DNA from: a virus
Lineage: Duplodnaviria; Caudoviricetes
Direction: 5' to 3' (one strand)
DNA length: 29,158 bases
IMG/VR virus record: IMGVR_UViG_3300049171_000076
Span: 1-29,158 of that record
In this document: positions 9,333 through 17,016 of the stretch, piece after piece
Numbering within the stretch: position 1 is the stretch's first letter
Layout of the letters: each line of letters begins with the position of its first letter
Position numbers and translations under genes: made by a program
Notes under the pieces: model-generated
The model's input: the letters and a program-made list of their open reading frames with translations, nothing else
Databases searched by the model: none
What the model was told of the DNA's origin: nothing

Positions 9333-11327
9333 TTGGCAATCTACCTAACGCATAAATACGGCGAGCGTTTTTACGGCCCCGAGCCCGCTCTGCCGAGTTT
9401 TGACGCGGAACGATTTGTCTCGTATTCCAGCGACTACCGGACGGTCCGTCTGACGTGGGATCCGCCCGTCGGCGTCTTCGACCGTTTCCGCCTGGTCAAG
9501 GGCCTGTTCGGGCTGCCCCAGTCGGAAATCGACGGCGAGATACTCATTGACGCCGAGGTACCCGACGTCGGCTACGCCGACACTGACGTGGAGCCTGGCC
9601 ACATCTACTACTACGGCGTCTTCCTGCAGATCGACGGCGTCTGGACACCAGCCGGTTACAGCTCCTGCCTGCACATCGTGGACCTCGGCTCCACTCAATG
9701 GTTGTGGACCCGCCTGCCCAATCACTACCGGCTGCTGCGGGGCAACCACTTGACGCTTGAAGCGGACGAGAATCTCGACCTGCTGCGTTACATCACCGTC
9801 ATCGGCTGGGGCCTGGACCGGGTGCGGACCGGCATCCGGGCATCCTGGTCTGCGGCCGACATTGACATCACACACGAAACCCTCGTCGACCTGATCACCG
9901 AACAGCTTGGCCTGCCCACCTACCCCGGTCTGACCGGGCTTCGCCGCCGCGCCATCGCCCGTGACGGAGTGGCTCTGGCAGCCGGCAAGGGCACCACCCA
10001 ATCCCTGGAGGCGATCATGCGCACGGCGTCCGGATGGGACGTCGTGGTCCGACCGGGACGCAACATGCTCGGCTCCTTCGACCGCTCGCGCATGCACAAC
10101 CCCTTGCCGGCCGAATGGGACGCCTCCATCCACTACGACGTGGGCGACCGCGTCTTCTTCTACGGCGTCTCCTACATCTGCATCTCTCCCGCCTACGCCT
10201 ACGACCAGATGCCCGACGGCGAAGGCTTCCCCAACACGTGGTGGGAGCGGCTGAGTCGGGTCGAGGCCGACACCCTCGCCTACGAATCAGCCACCGCCAG
10301 CCAGCACGGCTGGCAGGGCATGAGTCACACGGTCGGCCAGCCGGACACCCTGGTCCAGACACGGCTCGCCCTGGGCATCCCCAGCGTCGGCGATACCGTC
10401 ATCGACACCAACGCGGTCACCGTGCACAACAGCCACGTCAGCGCGCTCGACGCCGGCGCGCGGCTGCTGCCCGTGGCGCAGGACCTGCCCGTACCCGACC
10501 CGCTGACGGTCATCACCAACGCCGTCCCACTGCCCATGGCCAACGAGTGGGAAGCTGAGAACACCTACCGCTACGGCGCGGTCGTCTCCTGGCGTGGCCG
10601 TACGTGGCGAGCCGTCCGCCCGCCGTTGGTCGGCCAGGCGCCGCACCTGGACGTGGAGCGCTGGGAGGCCATCAACACCGATGGCCGACTGAGGTTGTGC
10701 CTGTCGGCCTACACCCACCAGCCGCATACCGATCCCACGAAGGCGCGCGTGCCGGTCCGGGTCTACATGGAGTTCTACGACGACCGGGGCCGGCTGATCA
10801 CGCGAGAATTCGGCAACGCGACCGACAGCAGAGTGCTCGACACCTTCACGATCCACGGAGACGACGCCATCGCGGCCCTGGGCAGCAGAGTGACCGAGTA
10901 CGGAACCAAGACATGGGTCGATCAGGTGCCTGGATTCATCCGTGACTCTTACACCTTCGGCAGTGTCCGACCGACTGCGGTGTCCACCCGCGCCGTGTCG
11001 ACCGTCTCCTACGCCTCGGCCGACGCCACGGTGAGCGCTACCTTCGCCACCGCTCCCGCAGCGGGTCAGGTCCAGGCGCTCATCCTGCGCTACGTCTCCG
11101 ACACCTCCTACCTCCGCGCCACCAGGACCGCAGTACAGGCGGTCGACGGCGGAGTGGTGAGCACGCTGGTGACCTACAGCACTCCGATCGCCGACGGAGA
11201 CCGGCTCACCGTCACCGTCACCGGCAACAACTACGCCGTCAAGCGCAACAACACCCAGGTCGCGACCACGATGAGCGCTCTGAACGCCTCGTCGACCCTT
11301 TTCGGCCTCGCTGTGGAGCCCGCGTGA
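9333..11327 (+). CDS. Baseplate wedge/tail protein (P2 gpI-like core) with FN3-like N-terminus and two CBM5/12-like repeats
   Basis: VRLTWDPP..FRLV..Y.DTDV.PG..YYY.VF (FN3-like). LW.RLP..YR, L..I..QLG and KGT..SLE.I....SGW (gpI-like). W.....Y..GD.V...G..Y.C and W.....Y..G.VV.W.G..W.A (chitin-binding type 3-like). Confidence 0.68.
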   Translation: MAIYLTHKYGERFYGPEPALPSFDAERFVSYSSDYRTVRLTWDPPVGVFDRFRLVKGLFGLPQSEIDGEILIDAEVPDVGYADTDVEPGHIYYYGVFLQIDGVWTPAGYSSCLHIVDLGSTQWLWTRLPNHYRLLRGNHLTLEADENLDLLRYITVIGWGLDRVRTGIRASWSAADIDITHETLVDLITEQLGLPTYPGLTGLRRRAIARDGVALAAGKGTTQSLEAIMRTASGWDVVVRPGRNMLGSFDRSRMHNPLPAEWDASIHYDVGDRVFFYGVSYICISPAYAYDQMPDGEGFPNTWWERLSRVEADTLAYESATASQHGWQGMSHTVGQPDTLVQTRLALGIPSVGDTVIDTNAVTVHNSHVSALDAGARLLPVAQDLPVPDPLTVITNAVPLPMANEWEAENTYRYGAVVSWRGRTWRAVRPPLVGQAPHLDVERWEAINTDGRLRLCLSAYTHQPHTDPTKARVPVRVYMEFYDDRGRLITREFGNATDSRVLDTFTIHGDDAIAALGSRVTEYGTKTWVDQVPGFIRDSYTFGSVRPTAVSTRAVSTVSYASADATVSATFATAPAAGQVQALILRYVSDTSYLRATRTAVQAVDGGVVSTLVTYSTPIADGDRLTVTVTGNNYAVKRNNTQVATTMSALNASSTLFGLAVEPA

Positions 11328-13585
11328 CCCTATACAGCAACTTTCTGCCCAATCCCTCCGTCGAGACCGCCACCACCGGCTGGGTCGCCGACGGAGGTAC
11401 TCCCAACCGCGGCACCAGCCACAAGCAGATCGGCTCCTACGGCCTGTCGGTCGCCGCCACGACGACCAACACGCAGACCAAGGGTGTCAAGACGACTGTC
11501 CCGATCGAACCGGGCGGTCCCTATACCCTGTCGGGTTACCTGCTCTCACGCAGCACCGCCTATGGCGCCGGCTACAGTCGCGGTGTCGTGGTCAAGGTCT
11601 ACGATCTGCTGCCCGGAGAGCTCGACGGTGTCAAGCAGCAGATCGGCACGGGCACCTTCACCGACACTGGCCGCTGGGCGGTGCGCAACATGTCGCCGCG
11701 CGCCACAGCCGACCGGCTAGTGATCACCCTGCACACTGGTAACTCCTTCTACCAGTCCGGCTTTTGGCAGGTATCCGGCCCTTACGTCAGATACTTCCGA
11801 GCCTCCCAACACGGCGGCCAGTCCGGCGCGGAGATTTCGGCCAACAACTTCGCCGGCACCAAGTACGAGGCCACTGTCGACTGGGAGTTTATGGAGTGGC
11901 CCGACCGCACCGAACCTACTTACATCGTCGACTACTACGACCGTATCTGGCATCCCGCGGTCGACGGCGGATCGGCCACCGTGTGGCTGGACGCCCTTCA
12001 GCTTGAGAAGATCGCCACTGAGACCGCCTACAACGACGGCTCCGTAGCTGGCTACACCTGGTCTGGTGCCGCCCACAACTCCCCCACGCTGGGCCTGTCC
12101 GAGGGTGAGGCTCACGCCGCCGCCTCGTCGACCGGCACGATAATCTTCGGCCTGATCCTGCCCTTGCAGTCCGACGCCGAAGCGGTCAGCAGCGGCACGA
12201 TCGAGAGCACTGAGATCAGCGTCGGTGCCGACGCCGAAGCGGTCAGCGTGGGCATGCTCGCGGTGTGGAACTACGGTCCGGCCTCGGCCACCGGAACAGC
12301 CCTGAGCATCGGCGAGATCGTGCTCGCGGCGTTGGTGCCCTTGGAGATCGGAGGCACTGCCACCTCCAGTGGCACGCTCGCCTCGCGCATCGCCGTCCCC
12401 TCGACCTCCATCGCCCTCGCCCTCAGCGAGGGCACCCTGGAGATCGGGTTGCCTCCCGACATGGAGGCGCACGGCACCGCCTCGTCCGTGGGCACCGCGA
12501 TGATGTCCATCGCCGGCGTGTTGGAGGCGCATGGCCTGGCTGAGTCCGTCGGCTTGATCGAGATCGGCCAGGCCGTACCCGTCGGTGCCTTCCTCGACTT
12601 CGCCATCGCCGGCGTGTTGGAGACCGATCCACGGCTGAGCATCACTGCGCACTCCAATGGCGGCATCCTCACCGGAGCCAGCGGTCAGGAGTGGGAACGC
12701 GTCTACGCCGAGTTCGTCGCGCCGGACCAGGTGGACGGATCTGACGTCACACTCTGGCGGCGAGCCGCCTACGCTGTCCCCGGCCTGGTGTTCACCGGCC
12801 TACCCGCTGGCTCGTGGCAGGAGTTCACCCGAGTGCAACTGGAGTTGGCTCGGGGTGGTGGTGGCCCGACCCCGTACACCGACGGCGCGTCGATCCGCAC
12901 CCTGGTCTATCCCGACCGGCTCAACCAGGCCCCGGTCGAAATCACGATCATCAACGTCAGCGGTGCGAGCGCCACTCTCGCCACCGGTATCACTTCTCCC
13001 ATCGCCGATGACACCGCGCCGGCTTTGCGCGTCGATCTGGAACCGGATACGGCCTACCAGGTGTATACGACACTGGACCTGTTGCGTCCGTTCGCCGCCT
13101 ACACGGTGTCGATGTACCTGTTGCCCAGCGATGGCATCACCGAGGCCGCCTTCTACATCCGCGACGCCGACACCTCCGCAGTAGAGCTCGCTCCCCCGAT
13201 GACCTACTCCAACGCCGAACCCGCCTTCGAGCTCGGCGGCGCATGGCGGCGCATCACCTCCACCTTCATCGCCCCCATCGGTGGTGGCGCCGTCCTGACG
13301 TTCAACTGGACCTCCGTCGACCCTCAGGTGGCGACCGAATCCATCACCGTCGCCGGGTTCCTGCTCGAAGCCGGAGCGGAGACGCGCCCCTATTTCTTCA
13401 ATGCCGAGGACAACCCGCAGATCCGGTATCGCCAGGGATACCTGGACCATACGGGCGGCGTCTTCCATTACGAAGATTCCGCGCGAAAGACCTACATTTT
13501 GAATGAGGCATTGAAGGATCACGTGCCTGCGGGAATTGGCATCAACCCCCCGGAATTCGGCCTGATCCCGCATTACGACAGCTAA
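11324..13585 (+). CDS. Minor tail protein with carbohydrate-binding-like jelly-roll domains and a central ~20-aa repeat region
   Basis: NFLPNPS.E...TGW start; W.DALQLE......Y.DGS...Y.WSG.AHNS motif common in actinophage minor tail proteins; GTGA overlap with the upstream gene. Confidence 0.65.
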   Translation: MTLYSNFLPNPSVETATTGWVADGGTPNRGTSHKQIGSYGLSVAATTTNTQTKGVKTTVPIEPGGPYTLSGYLLSRSTAYGAGYSRGVVVKVYDLLPGELDGVKQQIGTGTFTDTGRWAVRNMSPRATADRLVITLHTGNSFYQSGFWQVSGPYVRYFRASQHGGQSGAEISANNFAGTKYEATVDWEFMEWPDRTEPTYIVDYYDRIWHPAVDGGSATVWLDALQLEKIATETAYNDGSVAGYTWSGAAHNSPTLGLSEGEAHAAASSTGTIIFGLILPLQSDAEAVSSGTIESTEISVGADAEAVSVGMLAVWNYGPASATGTALSIGEIVLAALVPLEIGGTATSSGTLASRIAVPSTSIALALSEGTLEIGLPPDMEAHGTASSVGTAMMSIAGVLEAHGLAESVGLIEIGQAVPVGAFLDFAIAGVLETDPRLSITAHSNGGILTGASGQEWERVYAEFVAPDQVDGSDVTLWRRAAYAVPGLVFTGLPAGSWQEFTRVQLELARGGGGPTPYTDGASIRTLVYPDRLNQAPVEITIINVSGASATLATGITSPIADDTAPALRVDLEPDTAYQVYTTLDLLRPFAAYTVSMYLLPSDGITEAAFYIRDADTSAVELAPPMTYSNAEPAFELGGAWRRITSTFIAPIGGGAVLTFNWTSVDPQVATESITVAGFLLEAGAETRPYFFNAEDNPQIRYRQGYLDHTGGVFHYEDSARKTYILNEALKDHVPAGIGINPPEFGLIPHYDS
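12101..12622 (+). repeat. About eight degenerate ~19-22-aa repeats (A.(A/G).A.S.G.(I/L)) with two exact 20-bp DNA repeat pairs
   Basis: CCGACGCCGAAGCGGTCAGC at 12171-12190 and 12228-12247; CCATCGCCGGCGTGTTGGAG at 12507-12526 and 12603-12622. Confidence 0.8.
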
Positions 13586-13594
13586 AGGAACCGT

Positions 13595-13918
13595 ATGTAT
13601 CAGATTCAGGTTCTGACCCTCGCGGTCGGCACTGTCCTGCCCATCCTCGTCGGCCTGGTCACCAAGGCGTCATGGGGTGGCGGAGTCCGAGCCGTTGTAC
13701 TGGCGGCGCTGTCGGCCGTGGCCGGCGTCGGCTCCTCGGCGCTGGACGCCGCGAACGCCGGCGTCGCCTGGGACTGGAAGATGGCTGTGATCACGGCGTG
13801 CAACGCGTGGCTCATCGCCGTCGCATCCCACTTCGGCATTTGGAAGGCCACCGGCGTCTCCACCTGGGCCAAGAACACCATGATCAAGGACAAGTCGAAG
13901 TTTGATCTCGCTGCCTGA
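13595..13918 (+). CDS. Holin (actinophage type)
   Basis: AAGGA RBS; three hydrophobic segments; LP.LVGLVTK.SW and A..SH.G.WK..GV motifs; basic C-terminus; at the end of the tail operon. Confidence 0.72.
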   Translation: MYQIQVLTLAVGTVLPILVGLVTKASWGGGVRAVVLAALSAVAGVGSSALDAANAGVAWDWKMAVITACNAWLIAVASHFGIWKATGVSTWAKNTMIKDKSKFDLAA

Positions 13919-14141
13919 ATTCGGCCACCTCCTTCAGTCCGCGCTCATCACGTGGATCATCTGGGAGACCATCCACGGATTCGTAGGCCGCTGGATCAAG
14001 CCCGACTACCAACTCGCGCCGGTCGCCCTCATCGCCTTGGGCGTCACGATGACGCCGTGGCCGATCCCCAGAGCCGTGTTCACGGTGGTCGCGCTCGTGG
14101 CGCTCTTGCATTACTTCCTCAGCAAGACTTCACGCCGATAA
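13902..14141 (+). CDS. Small membrane protein (possible lysis accessory)
   Basis: 79 aa with 2-3 hydrophobic stretches and a basic C-terminus; overlaps the holin end; ends right before the hairpin. Confidence 0.55.
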   Translation: MISLPEFGHLLQSALITWIIWETIHGFVGRWIKPDYQLAPVALIALGVTMTPWPIPRAVFTVVALVALLHYFLSKTSRR

Positions 14142-14202
14142 AGAAAGACCCCCTTGCGGTCACCTAGGGACACTATGTCCGGGCTCCTACGGGGGTCTTT
14201 CT
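14142..14202. terminator. Probable bidirectional terminator between the convergent late operon and tRNA unit
   Basis: Perfect 12-bp inverted repeat AGAAAGACCCCC (14142-14153) / GGGGGTCTTTCT (14191-14202), with an internal hairpin GGACA-CTA-TGTCC (14168-14180). Confidence 0.7.
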
Positions 14203-14246
14203 CGAAGCGGCGCACGCAAGGCGCTGTCCACCGGCCGGGACCGGAG

Positions 14247-14321
14247 TACCTGCGACAGGATTCGAACCTGCAAACCAGGACTTTTGAGGTCCCGAGCTTT
14301 ACCAGTTAGCGTTACGCAGGC
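14247..14321 (-). tRNA. tRNA-Leu (anticodon CAA), 75 nt, short variable loop, CCA not encoded
   Basis: Minus strand folds as acceptor GCCTGCG/CGCAGGT with discriminator A; D-arm A(C)GCT-AACTGGTAA-AGCT; anticodon arm GGGAC-CTCAAAA-GTCCT; variable GGTTT; T-arm GCAGG-TTCGAAT-CCTGT. Confidence 0.88.
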
Positions 14322-14328
14322 CCTGGAC

Positions 14329-14520
14329 TCATTTCCAGGCTAGCTCATATTCTGTGCGCAGCTCGCGAGCGAATTCGCGTTGTTCCACACGCTTACGCCA
14401 GCGTGTACCGCTGTCGCCGCCGCTGCAGTCGACGCCTTTTCGGCGCCTCGATCGCCGCCAGCCCTGCCGCGTACCAGGGCAGCATCCAGGAGTCTGGTAG
14501 CGGCCGAGCATGCGATCCAC
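14329..14520 (-). CDS. Small basic Cys-containing hypothetical protein
   Basis: 63 aa; fills the gap between the SLOG-like gene and the tRNA in the same orientation; GAAGG immediately upstream of the GTG; GCCPG...DCSGG...RWRKRVEQRE. Confidence 0.5.
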   Translation of the reverse strand: MDRMLGRYQTPGCCPGTRQGWRRSRRRKGVDCSGGDSGTRWRKRVEQREFARELRTEYELAWK

Positions 14521-14537
14521 CCTTCACGCCGTCCGAT

Positions 14538-15605
14538 CTAGCTGAGACTGGCGGGTACGAGATTCCGCTCCACTGACCGGCGAACCCAGCCGGCGCGTGG
14601 CCTGCCCTTGGCGATGACGATCTCGCCGACGCCGGGCTGAAAGCCCTTCTCGACAGCCTTGACGCCCTCCTTCGACAGGAACACCGAGACCTGACCCTCG
14701 GCCGTCCTGCTGCGCCCCTTGCGAGCGGCGGGCTCGGGCGGGTTCATGATCTCGACCCGAAGGGAGGTGTTCGCCGTAGCAGCCGCCAGGACCGTGTCCA
14801 GGCCCTCGGTACGGATCCGGCCCTGCCAGTAGCCGATCGCGTCCATCAGCGATGACTCACACGGCGCGTCGAACAGTGCCTCGTAGCGGGTGATCGAGGA
14901 CTGCACCAGAATCTCGCACCGCCTGAGGGTGGACATGAGCCCGAGCGGTGACACCGGTTCCTCGGCGACGGTGATGGCCTGGGCCTCATCCGCGAGTCCG
15001 GAGTCCTTCGGGGTCGGCTCTTCGGCCGGCTCGGCAACCTTTTCCGTTCTGGAAGGAGTTGGGTCGGTGTCTTCGTCCTCGGGTCCGCCCCATGGCTGCA
15101 GCCCGCGAGCGGAGATCTCCAGGATCGGAATTCCGGCTGTGGTGGCGGCGGTCAGGAGCCGGCCGGTGAACTCATCAGGCGGGTCGAACACCTCCCCCCA
15201 CGCCACGATCAGGTACGGGGTGCGCTGCTCGTCGCGGTTATCCTCTTCCAACGCCATGATCAGCGTGCCCGCCACGTCGGTGCCTGACTCCTCCGCGCTG
15301 ATCGTGAACTGTCCCTCACCGTGCGGGAAGACGATCTGCTGGTAGGCCTGCTCGACCGTGACGACTACGGAGTTGCCGGGCCTTCCGTCCATCTGAGCCC
15401 AGTCTGCGGCGGCGGACACGGCTTTGGAGAGGTACGACTTGTCAGCCGGCAGCCATACGCGCACGTCGGCCTGGTCCGGGGTGTCGAAGCGGATCCAGTC
15501 GTCCATCAGGTCGGCCAAGTGCGCAGGTGTGATCCTGCCGCCACCCGCGATGACGACGCTGATGGGGGTGTCCAGGGGGGCAGCGAAATCCGCTGAAGAG
15601 TCCAT
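14538..15605 (-). CDS. Hypothetical protein with a divergent N-terminal SLOG (YspA/DUF2493-like) domain
   Basis: Likely start is ATG at 15605 (MDSSAD), since the track's upstream 65 codons cover the promoter and hairpins. VVIAGGGR..., AAADWA..., LIVAW......T..LL..A..AGIPILEI matches the SLOG pattern by eye. An acidic/Pro linker and basic C-terminus follow. Confidence 0.55.
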   Translation of the reverse strand: MDSSADFAAPLDTPISVVIAGGGRITPAHLADLMDDWIRFDTPDQADVRVWLPADKSYLSKAVSAAADWAQMDGRPGNSVVVTVEQAYQQIVFPHGEGQFTISAEESGTDVAGTLIMALEEDNRDEQRTPYLIVAWGEVFDPPDEFTGRLLTAATTAGIPILEISARGLQPWGGPEDEDTDPTPSRTEKVAEPAEEPTPKDSGLADEAQAITVAEEPVSPLGLMSTLRRCEILVQSSITRYEALFDAPCESSLMDAIGYWQGRIRTEGLDTVLAAATANTSLRVEIMNPPEPAARKGRSRTAEGQVSVFLSKEGVKAVEKGFQPGVGEIVIAKGRPRAGWVRRSVERNLVPASLS

Positions 15606-15660
15606 AGGGTGCCCTTGAAAGTTTTTCCGCATGGGGAAACTACGAAGAATGAGCATTGAA

Positions 15661-15766
15661 GGGCTCGGCGGGACGTGACCGCCGAGCCCAGGCTCCCGCA
15701 AGCGCACCAGTCTGCTGCTCTGGGGAGCACGCCGCCCGCTGCCAGAGTTCTTCAGCGGCGGCTCAT
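15661..15766 (-). ncRNA. Candidate structured leader / small RNA ending in a terminator-like hairpin
   Basis: Stems at 15731-15762, 15716-15729 and a perfect 11-bp stem GGGCTCGGCGG/CCGCCGAGCCC at 15661-15689, followed on the minus strand by TTCAAT; lies just downstream of a predicted promoter. Confidence 0.45.
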
Positions 15767-15772
15767 GTCCAG

Positions 15773-15800
15773 ACTCTACCGGAGTTTTGGTACCTTTCAA
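15773..15800 (-). promoter_or_regulatory. Putative sigma70/HrdB-type promoter for the leftward island
   Basis: Minus strand TTGAAA (15800-15795), 16-nt spacer, TAGAGT (15778-15773); ATG at 15766 is 7 nt downstream. Confidence 0.55.
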
Positions 15801-15828
15801 CCCTGACCAAAACTTGGTCCGAAACTCT
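15783..15828. promoter_or_regulatory. Putative operator: ACCAAAACT-N4-CCGAAACTCT plus an inverted ACCAAAACT copy
   Basis: ACCAAAACTTGGTCCGAAACTCT at 15806-15828; AGTTTTGGT at 15783-15791 sits in the promoter spacer; near-identical copy at 22465-22487. Confidence 0.5.
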
Positions 15829-15849
15829 TGAACCCCTCCGGAGCCTCAC

Positions 15850-17016
15850 TTGGCACGTCTCATCGAGGCGGAGGTCTGGGAGCACCGGCCCGGCATTCTC
15901 ACCGGAGCCGCGGAGCTCGTCCTGATCCGCCTCGCAGACTCAGCCGGCACCGACCATCGCATGGTCTGGATCGGCGAGAACACCCTCATCGAAGACACCC
16001 GCAAGGACCGGTCCACCGTCTACGACGCCCTGTACCTCCTACGCGAACTCGGGATCATCCGCACCGTCCCGGAAGAGGAATGGCCTCCCGAGGCCAGGCG
16101 CTACGCCAGCGTCGTCCGGCAGGTCAACCCGGTCAGTCAGTGGGCGGTGATTCGACGCAGCGGCGTCGACGTCGTCCAGGACACTCAGTACACCCTGACG
16201 CAGTGGAAGGCCCGCAGCCGGCGCAGGAAGCCCAAAACCGAAGCCAAGCCCCAGTCCACCGAAGCGCTCGATGACGCCGTCGATCAGTGGCACGAATCCT
16301 CCGGCCGGCCTGACGGCGTCGACGTCTCCTTGCGCGAGCATCTCGGGATGACCGAGGTCCAGTACGCCGACTGGGCGATATCGGGGAACCCGACCTCCCT
16401 CGGAACGGGCGTCGAGTCGGGAATCCAGCCTCAAGGGGTCGGATTTCCGGACCCTAACCAAAAACAGAACCAAGAACAGAAAGAAGAGACTCCGTCTCTT
16501 CTTACGTCGCACAGCAGCGCGACGAAGCGGAGCGAGCGCGACACCGACCCTGAGGCCGGCCTGGACCCGGCCGACGGCCTTTTCGACATGCCCAAGTCGA
16601 CGACCGAATGGCGCACGACACATCAGACATTCCGACCGGACACCGGCCTCGGCCTGGTCGCCTACTTCGAGCAGGCGCTGCGCGCCACAGCCGGTGGGCG
16701 CCGAGCTCTGCTGGTGCCCGATCCGATCAACCGCAGAGCCATGGCCGCGACCCTGAACCGCTGGAAGCGTTCCAACATCCCATCCGACCGCATCAGGGCC
16801 TGGATGATCGCGTACGCGGACTCCTGTGGCTCTCGCAAAAGCGTGGTACCGCCCTGGAAGGACTTCCTGGCACGCCGGGCCGGCATCGCCGCCTCGGTCA
16901 CCGAACAGACCGAGCACGAGACCCGGCACGACCCAGACCACCCGGATTTCGCGGCCTACTGGGGCCTGACCCCCGACGAGGCCGCCTCCCTCGTCACACC
17001 AGTGGACTCACCATGA
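15850..17016 (+). CDS. Replication initiator protein with an N-terminal winged HTH (HTH_36-like)
   Basis: GGAG RBS and TTG start; LVLI.LAD.A......W....TL...T...RSTV..AL..L...G.I; sits upstream of a DnaC-like loader. Confidence 0.72.
   Translation: MARLIEAEVWEHRPGILTGAAELVLIRLADSAGTDHRMVWIGENTLIEDTRKDRSTVYDALYLLRELGIIRTVPEEEWPPEARRYASVVRQVNPVSQWAVIRRSGVDVVQDTQYTLTQWKARSRRRKPKTEAKPQSTEALDDAVDQWHESSGRPDGVDVSLREHLGMTEVQYADWAISGNPTSLGTGVESGIQPQGVGFPDPNQKQNQEQKEETPSLLTSHSSATKRSERDTDPEAGLDPADGLFDMPKSTTEWRTTHQTFRPDTGLGLVAYFEQALRATAGGRRALLVPDPINRRAMAATLNRWKRSNIPSDRIRAWMIAYADSCGSRKSVVPPWKDFLARRAGIAASVTEQTEHETRHDPDHPDFAAYWGLTPDEAASLVTPVDSP
16416..16490 (+). repeat. Iteron-like repeats plus an A-rich tract inside the initiator gene (possible origin)
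   Basis: GTCGGGAATCC (16416) and GTCGGATTTCC (16438) are 22 bp apart; tandem AACCAAAAACAG/AACCAAGAACAG at 16456-16479. Confidence 0.45.

Noticed and set aside
1-14141. Stand-alone eCIS/tailocin locus rather than a phage
   Set aside because: Directly linked to a complete phage replication module and tRNA.
14247-14321. tRNA as a prophage attachment site
   Set aside because: No integrase or host genes; phage genes on both sides; no duplicated tRNA 3' end seen.
15661-15766. Glycine riboswitch or 6C RNA identity for the structured leader
   Set aside because: GCTGAAG and CTCTGG are only vaguely similar; the GGAGA core and C-rich twin loops are absent.
16608-17012. N-terminal extensions in the ORF track (16608, 4416, 7364, 17884, 23578, 24383, 15800 starts)
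   Set aside because: They overlap upstream genes or the promoter and read as off-frame Arg/Pro-rich text; coupled ATGA/GTGA starts fit better.
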